Shown here piece by piece: positions 8,112 through 17,484 of a stretch of 64,000 nucleotides of DNA. A program made the position numbers and the translations under genes. The notes under the pieces are model-generated. The model ran no database searches. It saw only the letters and a list, made by a program, of their open reading frames with translations, and was not told where the DNA came from. Source of the stretch: a virus (Duplodnaviria > Caudoviricetes); the IMG/VR virus record IMGVR_UViG_3300037692_000137, positions 64,001 to 128,000 of that record. One strand, 5' to 3'. How positions within the stretch are numbered: position 1 is the first letter of the stretch; the number at the start of each line of letters is the position of its first letter.

Positions 8112-8801
8112 TTAATTGTTTAATAATCTTTCACGATTACACATTAAAATTGAATACCAATTCTTGTGCCAAGTTCTATCTGTATTAGCACGAGAATTGC
8201 AACTTCTACATATAGTTATTAAATTAATAGGTCTACAGTCTTCCTTATCATAATTTATATGATGTATGGTTAACTCTTTAGTTACGCCAAAGCAACAAGG
8301 ATTCCTACAAATATTGTTATCCCTGTATTTTATAGCTTCTTTGTAAACTTTATCTTTCCAAGCGTCACAATAAGGTTTTAATGATACACCTCCTTTCCAA
8401 CTAGGGTTACCTGAACCAGTAATTTTAATAGCATGACAAGTTGGACACCTATAACCACCATTATTCCAATCTGTCCATGTCATAGTGTGTACATGCCCTA
8501 AAGGGCATTTGTATTCTAATTTAGTTTTCTGATTAGTGTACTTATCTGATAGTAAGGTGTACCCTTCTTTCAGCATAGCTCTACATATTGTAATCAAAGT
8601 GCATTTTATATTACCAGCACATTTAGCACACCTATGCCCATTTAACCAGTTGCTCCAACTTATAGAGTGTGTATGTCCTTTAGGACAAATATAAGTTAGT
8701 TTTTGTAAATTGTTAATATAAACACTACTCAATAGTATGTAACCTTCCGCAGCAAAGGACTCTCGTACATACCCATAAGTTAAGCGTTTACCTGAAGACA
8801 T
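8112..8801 (-). mobile_element. Free-standing HNH homing endonuclease with two N-terminal zinc-binding repeats
   Basis: Two EGYxLLSxxYxNxxxKLxYxCPxGHxHxxxWxxWxxGxRCxxC repeats, NPSWKGG linker, C-terminal RDNNICRNPCC...LTIHHINYDKEDCRPINLITICRSCNSRAN HNH domain. Confidence 0.85.
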
Positions 8802-8803
8802 TA

Positions 8804-9958
8804 TTATTTCTTTAGTTTACGCACATCTAAGAAGGGCGTTGTAAAATTTACTGTCATACTGTCTAGTATTTTAGCCTTAGCTGCCGGGTTTTTATCCATA
8901 TACTTTTCGACATCCGACTTATTCAATGACACCATATTCAGTAAATACTCTGGTGGTACTATTTGTTTAACCGCGCTAATATCATAAGTGGCCCTACTAT
9001 TTTGTCTAACATAAACTTCTTTACCCTCTACTTGCACATTTAATCCAGTAGTCTTTATACGATCCATTAGAAGTAATGACAATTCTTTTTCGCGCATCTC
9101 ATATATTTTTTTCATTTTTTTAATTTGCTGCCATTCATCTACTAAAGAGTTATTGTCTAAACGATAGGCTTCTTGGAATTTACCGTTAGAGTTTGTGTAG
9201 GCTTCTTTATACGCATTACAATACTCTCTAAAGTCACACCATGGACAAAATGTATTTAACGATGCCTTTACATCTTTTTCTTCTAAACACACCATTGCAT
9301 CATATACTAATTTAAGATACTCGGAGAAAGCTGCACGCTCTTCGGGTGTACGATAAGAGTATAACATCTCATGCTTTAATAAGTCAAGACTAACTATGAT
9401 ACGTTTTCCAGGCCATAGTATACTGGCTACTAAATCATACATAGATAATTGCTTATCTGTTTTCAATTGATCTGGTGTAGGGGCTGTTTTAGATGTTTTA
9501 TAGTCTACAATTAAAATAGTATCTTCATCTACTTGTATTACCTTATCGATAGCACCTAATAAGGGTACCCCTTCTTTGGTAACTACAGCGTCGCCGCCCC
9601 TATAACCAAATGGGGTTTCTAAACTTATAATCTTATGCCCTTCAGGAATGAAGTCATTAATTCTATTTGTTACTAACTCTATACCAGTTTGGTGTACTGA
9701 AAAGTCATCAAGTCCTTCTTTTACAGATGTTTCTTTAAACTTATTAATAATAAGCTCTTTATCTTTTTTACTAAATTTCTCCTTCTTCCGCCAAATATTA
9801 CCAGCTAGTTCTAAAGCCACGTGAACAGCTGTACCTAATTTAAACACCGGGTTATCTATTTTAGGCAACTTATCATAGTAGTTAAACCAGTATCTTTGCT
9901 TACACTGTAAAAAAATACTTATACGTGTAGCACTTATTTTAATATTATTATTTGCCAT
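8804..9958 (-). CDS. PD-(D/E)XK exonuclease, Cas4/RecB-like
   Basis: ISATRISIFLQCKQRY, LGTAVHVALE, GAIDKV...IVDYKTS, QLSMY, FCPWCDFREYC cysteine cluster. Confidence 0.85.
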   Translation of the reverse strand: MANNNIKISATRISIFLQCKQRYWFNYYDKLPKIDNPVFKLGTAVHVALELAGNIWRKKEKFSKKDKELIINKFKETSVKEGLDDFSVHQTGIELVTNRINDFIPEGHKIISLETPFGYRGGDAVVTKEGVPLLGAIDKVIQVDEDTILIVDYKTSKTAPTPDQLKTDKQLSMYDLVASILWPGKRIIVSLDLLKHEMLYSYRTPEERAAFSEYLKLVYDAMVCLEEKDVKASLNTFCPWCDFREYCNAYKEAYTNSNGKFQEAYRLDNNSLVDEWQQIKKMKKIYEMREKELSLLLMDRIKTTGLNVQVEGKEVYVRQNSRATYDISAVKQIVPPEYLLNMVSLNKSDVEKYMDKNPAAKAKILDSMTVNFTTPFLDVRKLKK

Positions 9959-10497
9959 TACGCACCCCTAATTAAATGATTATGAAGAGGGTCTTCAATT
10001 TTATAAAAATAACCGTACTCTTTTGTAAATCTAAATTCTTTTAACTTAAGCACTGTATCCATATAACAGATGACCTGAGATAAAGCGTCTACTATATCAT
10101 TGTAATGTTTATATTCCCAGTTTTGATCTATAATATCAAGTATAAAATTAAATACCATTTCTTTCTTTTTGGCTTTATAGTATGCTTTTACTGTATTAGT
10201 GCTTATTACATACGGTACTATATCCGCTACCTCTTTACATGTAAGTTTAGTCACACCTGCAAATTCTGCTAATACTTTTATAGTAGCCGCATTAAGACCA
10301 ACAAATATATCTTCAATAACTATATGAGTAGGTTTGTATGTTTCTAGTATTTTACACAACTCAGTCTTAAATGTCAACAACCTTTCTGCATTTTGTAGCT
10401 TAGCGGATGTTTTTATAGTACCAAAGTGTATACCGGTATCCTGGAATACACACCAACCTGTAGAAGCGGCTGAAACGTCTAAGCTTAATATATTCAT
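9958..10497 (-). CDS. ruvC: RuvC-like Holliday junction resolvase
   Basis: [27 protein letters not shown] RNase H-fold acidic residues. Confidence 0.8.
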   Translation of the reverse strand: MNILSLDVSAASTGWCVFQDTGIHFGTIKTSAKLQNAERLLTFKTELCKILETYKPTHIVIEDIFVGLNAATIKVLAEFAGVTKLTCKEVADIVPYVISTNTVKAYYKAKKKEMVFNFILDIIDQNWEYKHYNDIVDALSQVICYMDTVLKLKEFRFTKEYGYFYKIEDPLHNHLIRGA

Positions 10498-11243
10498 ATA
10501 GATTTAAGCAACTCAACCTGCTCAGCTGTTAGGTTGTCTTTATTGGGTAGTTTCATCTTTAGTTGAATAAAAATATTACCCGGAGGACCCCCAAAAGTGC
10601 CATTCGGTCCTTGACCATATAAGTGTACTATATCTTTGTCTCTAGATCCTGGTGGTACATTAAAATGTATATCCACATCAACTACTTTTTTTGTTTTATC
10701 ACCATTGCAAACATAACATTTTTCTTTGGTTGTATTACCTCGGCCATGACAGTAGTTACATGTAACAGTTGAATGCATACGCATGCCCTGTGCTTCTTGT
10801 ATCTTTGTTAGATGTCCTGTGCCATTACAGTGTAAGCATTTATCAAAACTGGAGGCGCCAGTACCATTACATTCAGAGCAAGGGTTAGAATAAGATACTT
10901 TTATAGATCTATCTGCCCCAAATATAAAAGCGTGTATTGGCACATCAACCACATATCTTAAGTCTTGTCCTGAAGTAGGTCTATTAGCTGGCGGGCGTAC
11001 GTTTCTAAATAGCATATCAAAAGGATTACTATACCTATTTAGTGAGTTATCGTAATTATGCCTCTTATTAATATCAGACAAAGTCTCATAAGCCTCGTTT
11101 ATACACTTAAACTTATCCTCAGCTGTTGGGTCATCTTGATTCTTATCAGGATGATATACTTTAGCTAATTTACGGTAGGCTTTTTTTATTTCGTCTGTAG
11201 TAGCCCCATTATCTACACCCAATGTTTCATAGTGATTAGACAC
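10494..11243 (-). CDS. dnaJ: DnaJ-family co-chaperone (compact type A-like)
   Basis: J-domain with HPD (YHPDKN), zinc-finger repeats [32 protein letters not shown], and GGPPGNIFI. Confidence 0.92.
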   Translation of the reverse strand: MSNHYETLGVDNGATTDEIKKAYRKLAKVYHPDKNQDDPTAEDKFKCINEAYETLSDINKRHNYDNSLNRYSNPFDMLFRNVRPPANRPTSGQDLRYVVDVPIHAFIFGADRSIKVSYSNPCSECNGTGASSFDKCLHCNGTGHLTKIQEAQGMRMHSTVTCNYCHGRGNTTKEKCYVCNGDKTKKVVDVDIHFNVPPGSRDKDIVHLYGQGPNGTFGGPPGNIFIQLKMKLPNKDNLTAEQVELLKSI

Positions 11244-11607
11244 CTGTTAATACCTCCCATTCAACGGAACAAACAGAGCACTTATATTTATTTTTAGCTG
11301 TTTTATAGGACACTGAATTACATTCCACGCAGCGAATAATACACTCCTCCATAGTACTGGTTGAATCAAGTTCATCCGATAGCCCTAGGATGTCATCAAT
11401 ACCATCTATGGCTAACATCATGTCTCTTAGTTCAGCGTCGTCTATAATATCTATGTCATCTAAAATTGTATCACCACAATTACGCCAAAAGCTCCCGCAG
11501 TCTGGACATATGTTGTAGTTAACTACAACGGTTTCTCCACACTTACATGGGTACTCTTCAACAAAAAAGATAGTTTCTCCAGCATAAGTACATTTAACAC
11601 AACTCAT
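11236..11607 (-). CDS. Multi-zinc-ribbon hypothetical protein
   Basis: CVKC, CKC, CPDC, CVEC, CSVC motifs. Confidence 0.65.
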   Translation of the reverse strand: MSCVKCTYAGETIFFVEEYPCKCGETVVVNYNICPDCGSFWRNCGDTILDDIDIIDDAELRDMMLAIDGIDDILGLSDELDSTSTMEECIIRCVECNSVSYKTAKNKYKCSVCSVEWEVLTGV

Positions 11608-12002
11608 ATTGCTTTATCTCCTATAGGTGACAACATACTAATAGTTTGTCCATAAATATCTACAGTATCTTCGTTGAATTTCAAAGCTATGGGCACAAAT
11701 AATTCGCCGTCCTTTAGATCAGGATACTGTGCTGTAGCGAAAAGAATTTTTGATATCGCTGGCAAGTACATAACGGCGGTTTTTTCATCTAACAAATTAA
11801 AAGCACCATCAGACTCATCGAAGAAATCTGGATCTAATTTGTGATAAGTGCCTTTTCGGGGTATAGTTATCTTGTGCTTACCACGCACTTTAAAATAGTA
11901 ACTTCTAGCCGGTAATAACGCTATCGTAGGGGTACCTATCTGCTTTGATTCTTCTGCCCAGTCTACTAAGGAAAGTGCCGGCACATCTATGTTGTTTTTC
12001 AT
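11604..12002 (-). CDS. Hypothetical protein
   Basis: 132 aa ORF with GGAG RBS, translationally coupled inside the operon. Confidence 0.7.
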   Translation of the reverse strand: MKNNIDVPALSLVDWAEESKQIGTPTIALLPARSYYFKVRGKHKITIPRKGTYHKLDPDFFDESDGAFNLLDEKTAVMYLPAISKILFATAQYPDLKDGELFVPIALKFNEDTVDIYGQTISMLSPIGDKAI

Positions 12003-12003
12003 A

Positions 12004-12333
12004 TTAAACTCCTTTTAATACTATAAAGTTATCAACTAATACCTCAGTCCAGTACTTTTTGTCGAGCCCGCCACAGTGGCGGCATTGACCATTATAACTA
12101 CTTTCTTCAATGTGTCCATGTATTTTTACAAAAGTTCTTGATGGTACTTCATTTAGGGCCTCCGCCATATTACCCCAAGCGCTAATTTTTATATATTGAC
12201 AACCAGGGTTATCGGCGGCTGGTATTGCTAAAGAAGCTTTAAACATAAAATTATTATTATCTAATTCTTTAAAATTAGGTTTAGTTATTTTACCCACTAA
12301 ACTAACAAAATTCTCACCAATATAGTCGTCCAT
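12004..12333 (-). CDS. ssb: Single-stranded DNA-binding protein (OB fold)
   Basis: VSLVGKITK, IKISAWGNMAE, FVKIHGHIEESSY, WTEVLVDNF follow the bacterial SSB OB-fold pattern. Confidence 0.75.
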   Translation of the reverse strand: MDDYIGENFVSLVGKITKPNFKELDNNNFMFKASLAIPAADNPGCQYIKISAWGNMAEALNEVPSRTFVKIHGHIEESSYNGQCRHCGGLDKKYWTEVLVDNFIVLKGV

Positions 12334-13403
12334 TAAAATAACCCACTTAAATAATTATATACTTGTTCTTTATTAAGGTCTGAAGGATCTAACCCTTTAC
12401 CTTCCACGTCAACTTCAGTTATAAACTGCGGTGTTACTTTTACTTTACCACTTAAATCCTTACACGCCTTAGATGTACATATAATTCCAGCAAGGTCATT
12501 ATCAAAAAAGGGCACACATCCTTGATAGGCAAAAGACATGATAAGATTTAGTTGGCCTGTAGTAACACTAGAACCAATAATGGCAGCTACATTATGAATA
12601 CCGTACTCATATAGGCGCCACACGCTTTTGAAACCTTCAACTAATATTAAAGGTTTGATTACCAACAAGTCTTTAATGTTATTTAAGTTATACAAAACAC
12701 TGTCCTTATCAAATTCGGGTGTTAGCCTATACTTTTTGTGATTATCACTTACGTCATCACGTATATCTCTAAGGCTGTATGCTACTAAATAACCGTCAGC
12801 GTCCCTAATAGGAATTATGTCCCTAATGTATGGGTCCTTCTTATCAGTATATCCTCCAGCTATTTCAAAGTAATCTAGCGTCTCTCGTTTAAAACCATCT
12901 TTTATAAAACGGTCAGACCTAAATTGTTTAAATTTTAATAAATTACTCTCAGATACTATGTCAGGGACATATCTTTCTGGGAAAAAAGCTGCTGTATGCT
13001 CTTCACGTTGTTTACGATATTTATAGGCAACTATTTTAGTATCAAAGTCATCAAGCCCGCCAACTATACTTTTTAAATAGTCTACCGCGCCCATAAAGTC
13101 ACAGCCAGTTACAGCTTTAACTAAACCTATTATGTCGTTACCATAAATATCATGACATTTATGACTAAAACATACCCAGGTACGAGTCTCTAAATTGAAT
13201 CTAAATGAGGTCTCATTGTCACCGCCATGCACTTTACAGGCGCATCTTAACTCATGTCTATTTTTATTAAATACCTTAAAGCCTAGATGCTCTAATAAAA
13301 ATTGCGGATCAATAGCTGCTTTAATATACTGTACTTTATCTTTAAAGTTGTCATCAAACGAGGGTGTCGTCATCATGTGCAGTACCTGTGTCTGTTGTGC
13401 CAA
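12333..13403 (-). CDS. dnaG: DNA primase (zinc finger plus Toprim); the real start may be ATG at 13376 or 13373
   Basis: CACKVHGGDNETSF...WVCFSHKC zinc finger, LVEGFKS, FFDNDLAG Toprim motifs. Confidence 0.9.
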   Translation of the reverse strand: MAQQTQVLHMMTTPSFDDNFKDKVQYIKAAIDPQFLLEHLGFKVFNKNRHELRCACKVHGGDNETSFRFNLETRTWVCFSHKCHDIYGNDIIGLVKAVTGCDFMGAVDYLKSIVGGLDDFDTKIVAYKYRKQREEHTAAFFPERYVPDIVSESNLLKFKQFRSDRFIKDGFKRETLDYFEIAGGYTDKKDPYIRDIIPIRDADGYLVAYSLRDIRDDVSDNHKKYRLTPEFDKDSVLYNLNNIKDLLVIKPLILVEGFKSVWRLYEYGIHNVAAIIGSSVTTGQLNLIMSFAYQGCVPFFDNDLAGIICTSKACKDLSGKVKVTPQFITEVDVEGKGLDPSDLNKEQVYNYLSGLF

Positions 13404-14772
13404 AGTTAACTACAGTCTTAGTGTAGTCCACTGGTTGCATGGGCGCTAAAGTCTCTGTAATAACAAGGTTTTGTTTTTTAAATTTATACGTTATACCTTC
13501 ATCAGGGGTGGCGCCGCCTCTTCTTGTGTCTTTAATAACCAATTTAAAATTACCCCGTGTCCTATTTTCCCCAAACTCGACTTTCTCTTGTTCCAATGTT
13601 TTTTGATCCCGCATATCCCAGAAAGCCACTATATCTGCATATCTGGCTATTTTATCACTGTCTGCTATATCGGCGGCTCTGTTTAATTGAACCGCGGTTA
13701 ACACTGGTATGTTAAGCTGCCCGGCCATATCCTTTAGTTTGGTGGTTACGTCACCAAGTATTTGATACTCTTTACGTTCCCCACTAACACTTTTTAAGTC
13801 AGGCTCTTTTATGTAGTCGAATATAGCTAAAGCTATGTTATGTTTTAGTTTAAACTTCTTATACAAAGCTATAAGCTTATCCACACTGTACCCAGGCATA
13901 TAAACATGGAACAACTTGTTTTTTTCCATTATACGTTCAGACTTAGCCAGCTGTACAGCTTCGATCTCGTTCCAATCACCATGTTTTATTTTGCGCTCTT
14001 CCACTTGGGAAAGTCCTGCTATGTTACGTGTACGCCATTCCTCAAAAGATAATTCGGTATCTACGTATAGAACTGGCAGTTTTAAAGTAAAAGCTACGTA
14101 CCGTGCTATAACCGCTAAGAAAGCACTCTTACCCATCTTTTTTCTTGCGGCAATTACATGCAGAGCACCGTTAGTTAACCCATCAATCTGTTTATCTAAT
14201 ATAGGAAAACCAGTACTTAAACCTGTCTGTATCACAGGGTTTTCCTTACGGTCTGCTAAAAATTCAGCCACACCTTCGGCTAAATCGTGTGGTTCATTTA
14301 ATGATGGACCAGTCACTAGGTCTAAAATGTCGGTTTCAATTTTAGCTACAAGATCTACAGCTAATGAGTTGTTGGCCAATAACAACTCATTAGCATGACA
14401 TATGCTACAGTACAGTTTATATTTACCACTCGCGTCTAAAACTTTTTCTAGGTGTGCGTTTAAATTCTGAGGATTTAACGGCATGCTGTGTAGTGCGTAA
14501 AGATACTTACTACCACCAAGTATGTCTAAGGCTTGATTATTTTTAGCACAGTCAATAACCGCTGGTATATCAAAAGATTTGATATCCATACTACTAACCA
14601 TATATCTTAATATGGTGTACAAAGTGGAGTGCTCAGGACTAAGAAAGTCCATCTTATCTAAACGAGCTTCCAGTGTATACAGACAATCAATGTTGTTCAT
14701 AGCTAATGATAGTAATATGCGCTCGTCCATATAGGCACAAAAGTGCTCTTTGGCGGCGGCCAAACTCATCAT
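13354..14772 (-). CDS. dnaB: Replicative DnaB-like helicase
   Basis: LSTGFPILD, IAARKKMGKSAF Walker A, VDTEL, IFDYIK, AVQLNR; start at ATG 14772 overlapping the upstream stop (ATGA); normal length, no intein. Confidence 0.93.
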   Translation of the reverse strand: MMSLAAAKEHFCAYMDERILLSLAMNNIDCLYTLEARLDKMDFLSPEHSTLYTILRYMVSSMDIKSFDIPAVIDCAKNNQALDILGGSKYLYALHSMPLNPQNLNAHLEKVLDASGKYKLYCSICHANELLLANNSLAVDLVAKIETDILDLVTGPSLNEPHDLAEGVAEFLADRKENPVIQTGLSTGFPILDKQIDGLTNGALHVIAARKKMGKSAFLAVIARYVAFTLKLPVLYVDTELSFEEWRTRNIAGLSQVEERKIKHGDWNEIEAVQLAKSERIMEKNKLFHVYMPGYSVDKLIALYKKFKLKHNIALAIFDYIKEPDLKSVSGERKEYQILGDVTTKLKDMAGQLNIPVLTAVQLNRAADIADSDKIARYADIVAFWDMRDQKTLEQEKVEFGENRTRGNFKLVIKDTRRGGATPDEGITYKFKKQNLVITETLAPMQPVDYTKTVVNFGTTDTGTAHDDDTLV

Positions 14773-15224
14773 CTTTCTTTGCGTGTCTGCCATTGTTCAT
14801 TCTCCCGACGTGTTAACTCTCTTTTAAAAGAGGCTATCAGTTCAGATATTGTTTTGTCAACACCATCTAATAGAAACTCTTGATCTTTAAGATCGTCCAT
14901 CTCAGTCTGTATTTTATACAAATTTTCAGTGTTGTCTATTAAGTAGGCAGAAGCATCTTTCTTAGTTTTATACTCTTTTATCAGTTCTTTTGTTAATAGT
15001 TGACTAACTATATTATCAATAAAGCGCTGCTTTCGTCGTATATCAACCTTATTCTCATTTAACTTACTTTTAAAATATATTAAATACTGTGATAGTGCTA
15101 TAATATACTGACTTAATATAAGGCTATCAGTAATTTCTAAATTACGTACATTATAGGCAAATATACTGTCTATATAGTCCTGATCTACATTTATATGAGT
15201 TGCTGCATTTAAGTCTTTTTGCAT
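14769..15224 (-). CDS. Coiled-coil protein, possible UvsY-like recombination mediator
   Basis: All-helical 151 aa protein close to recA; C-terminal LYKIQTEMDDL...LLDGVDKTISELIASFK pattern is reminiscent of UvsY. Confidence 0.45.
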   Translation of the reverse strand: MQKDLNAATHINVDQDYIDSIFAYNVRNLEITDSLILSQYIIALSQYLIYFKSKLNENKVDIRRKQRFIDNIVSQLLTKELIKEYKTKKDASAYLIDNTENLYKIQTEMDDLKDQEFLLDGVDKTISELIASFKRELTRRENEQWQTRKER

Positions 15225-15241
15225 AAGAGGTATGTCCTAAG

Positions 15242-15505
15242 TTATTTTGCAAGTTCGTCTGGGTCCATTTCACCCAGTTTGTGGTATACTCCCTGACATA
15301 AGTAGTCTATGGATGCTACTTTACCTGATTTTAAATCCAGTATTTCGGCACGATCAGACTTCATACCAATTTGTCTACAGTCAAAACTTTTATCACAGTA
15401 CTTTGGGTCACCTGCGCGAGTTCCGTCATGCAAAGGCACAAAGTCCTCACAATCTTTACCACGATTTAAAGGATTTTTATCTCCTGGGATTACAATATTA
15501 CTCAT
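15242..15505 (-). CDS. Hypothetical protein
   Basis: 87 aa ORF with GGAGG RBS and four cysteines. Confidence 0.6.
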   Translation of the reverse strand: MSNIVIPGDKNPLNRGKDCEDFVPLHDGTRAGDPKYCDKSFDCRQIGMKSDRAEILDLKSGKVASIDYLCQGVYHKLGEMDPDELAK

Positions 15506-15858
15506 TTAATCACCTCCTGCTGAGCTTTATATATACGTTGCATTACTAAATCTTTTGTTATAACATCTATTTTATCATAGAAGTACACTAATGTCAAGGG
15601 TGGTGTGTTGGCTACGTACTCTAATTTAAGATTATCTCTACGTTTCTGCTCTCTAAACATTTCCACACTACCATGGAAATGCCGTATGTATTTAAAATGC
15701 TGTTCTCCCTGTATTTCAAATAATATACTTAATTTCCGTAAGTAAAAATCAAAAAACAAACGTGTCCCCTTATAATAAACGTAATGCTCAGCGACTACAT
15801 CGTCATAAGGGAACAGCTGCTTAAGTACTTCATGGGTATCGTTAGCTATTTTGCTCAT
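15502..15858 (-). CDS. Vsr/DUF559-like PD-(D/E)XK endonuclease
   Basis: LFFDFYL...FEIQGEQHF...QKRRDNLK pattern. Confidence 0.75.
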   Translation of the reverse strand: MSKIANDTHEVLKQLFPYDDVVAEHYVYYKGTRLFFDFYLRKLSILFEIQGEQHFKYIRHFHGSVEMFREQKRRDNLKLEYVANTPPLTLVYFYDKIDVITKDLVMQRIYKAQQEVIK

Positions 15859-16882
15859 AGTATGCGTTTAAGCCTAAAGCAATTATGATACAATCACGTA
15901 TTTCATTAAATACAATTTCATTTTCTCGTAAGAAAGCTAAAGCGTTGAGCTCGCCTTGGCCGATATTATTACCGTTGTATTTATACCATGCTCCAGCACG
16001 CTCCAATATACCTAGATCTAACGCTAGTGTAAGACACTCCCAATAAGTATCATAACCAACACCATAAATTAAAGGTACAGTTGCTTTTCTATATGGCTTA
16101 CCAAACTTATTCTTTTTTATTAAAAATGATGTATGGTGTCCTACAACCTCACCCGTCATATCTTCTATGCGGGATGACTTTGATTCACCGCCTGAAACCT
16201 TTATTCTACCAGTGGCACTAAAATCTAAGGCTAAACCCCCTGTGGTTGTTTCAGGGTCACCATAAGCGCCAATTTTATTTCTTACCTGATTGATGAATAT
16301 TAGTAAAGTATCTGTCTCACCAGCAAGGGGCACAAACTTACGCATGGCCTTACTCATAAGACGTGCCAGTAACCCCATAAACTGATCTTCCATATCGGCT
16401 GTGGCCTCAGCTTTAGGTATTAATGCGGAGACACTGTCTACTACCGCCACATCTATCTCGCCTGTCCTAATTAGGCTCTCTAAAACATCAAGATTTTCAT
16501 CACCAGTAAAAGCCTCAACAACAATTAGCTTATTAATATCAACGCCCATGGCTTTAAATAATTTAGGATCTGCGGCCCTTTCTGCGTCAACAAAGCAACA
16601 AGTCATACCACGTCGCTGTGCCTGAGCAATTATGCTCATAGTCAAGGTAGTTTTGCCGCCCGACGGATGACCATAGACTTCATACACACGTCCTTTAACA
16701 AACCCACCACAACCCAAAGCACTGTCTAAACCTAAACTACCGGTAGAAATTGTAGGTGGAGGAGCATCACTTTTTTCACCCATTGTTGTTATTACATCAC
16801 CATATTTTTTCTGTATGGCTTTTCTAGCTACGTCTAAGGAACTTGGTGTTTTTTCTTCTGCAACTACCTTCTTGCCTGCCAT
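15842..16882 (-). CDS. recA: Recombinase A
   Basis: ISTGSLGLDSALG, GHPSGGKTT Walker A, VVDSVSAL, FINQVR, GAWYKY. Confidence 0.97.
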   Translation of the reverse strand: MAGKKVVAEEKTPSSLDVARKAIQKKYGDVITTMGEKSDAPPPTISTGSLGLDSALGCGGFVKGRVYEVYGHPSGGKTTLTMSIIAQAQRRGMTCCFVDAERAADPKLFKAMGVDINKLIVVEAFTGDENLDVLESLIRTGEIDVAVVDSVSALIPKAEATADMEDQFMGLLARLMSKAMRKFVPLAGETDTLLIFINQVRNKIGAYGDPETTTGGLALDFSATGRIKVSGGESKSSRIEDMTGEVVGHHTSFLIKKNKFGKPYRKATVPLIYGVGYDTYWECLTLALDLGILERAGAWYKYNGNNIGQGELNALAFLRENEIVFNEIRDCIIIALGLNAYYEQNS

Positions 16883-16894
16883 AAATATATCTCC

Positions 16895-17482
16895 TTAATC
16901 GTCGTCGGCCAATAATGCATCTAAGTCTAGTAGACCACTACCTTGTTCGTAAGAGTCACCGATAGCGTCTACTAAACGCATATAATCATTAGCGTTTGTT
17001 TTCATTACTTTATTATTTATAATACCAAGAACTTTATCTATAATCCAAGAACACTTTGCGTTATCGAAAATTGATACGCTTGGCGGTGTTTTAAAATTAA
17101 ACTCATTTAAATTATCAAAAAGTACTTCTATTACTAAAGCACATTCTTGTTTAGCTGCTTTAAGGCTTAGGCCCGTTGTTTTCATACGCTTATTAATGAA
17201 GTTTTTTATAGGGCCAGCAATATGTCTATCATTTCTGTAGTATACAAACTCGGGGCCGTAATGTAATGCCACTAAATTATTGAAGTATTGTAGTAGGTCT
17301 TTATAGGTACTAACCTTTATATCTTTTTTTAATTCGGGTGGGGCTACTTTATAACCATTAGCACGGAGTAGTGCGCTACAACAATTCAATACCTTATCTA
17401 ACTTAATTTCCGAAGAGGCTAAAAAATCATTTTGTACATAGTTAATTAAAGAGTTGTTTAAATTATCAAGTAGTTCATCCAT
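16895..17482 (-). CDS. Hypothetical protein between dnaN and recA
   Basis: 195 aa ORF coupled to neighbours; acidic C-terminus DLDALLADDD. Confidence 0.7.
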   Translation of the reverse strand: MDELLDNLNNSLINYVQNDFLASSEIKLDKVLNCCSALLRANGYKVAPPELKKDIKVSTYKDLLQYFNNLVALHYGPEFVYYRNDRHIAGPIKNFINKRMKTTGLSLKAAKQECALVIEVLFDNLNEFNFKTPPSVSIFDNAKCSWIIDKVLGIINNKVMKTNANDYMRLVDAIGDSYEQGSGLLDLDALLADDD

Positions 17483-17484
17483 AG

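Noticed and set aside
8804-9958. Cas4-like nuclease as evidence of a CRISPR-Cas system
   Set aside because: No repeat-spacer array or other cas genes seen; solo Cas4/RecB-like nucleases are common in phage recombination modules
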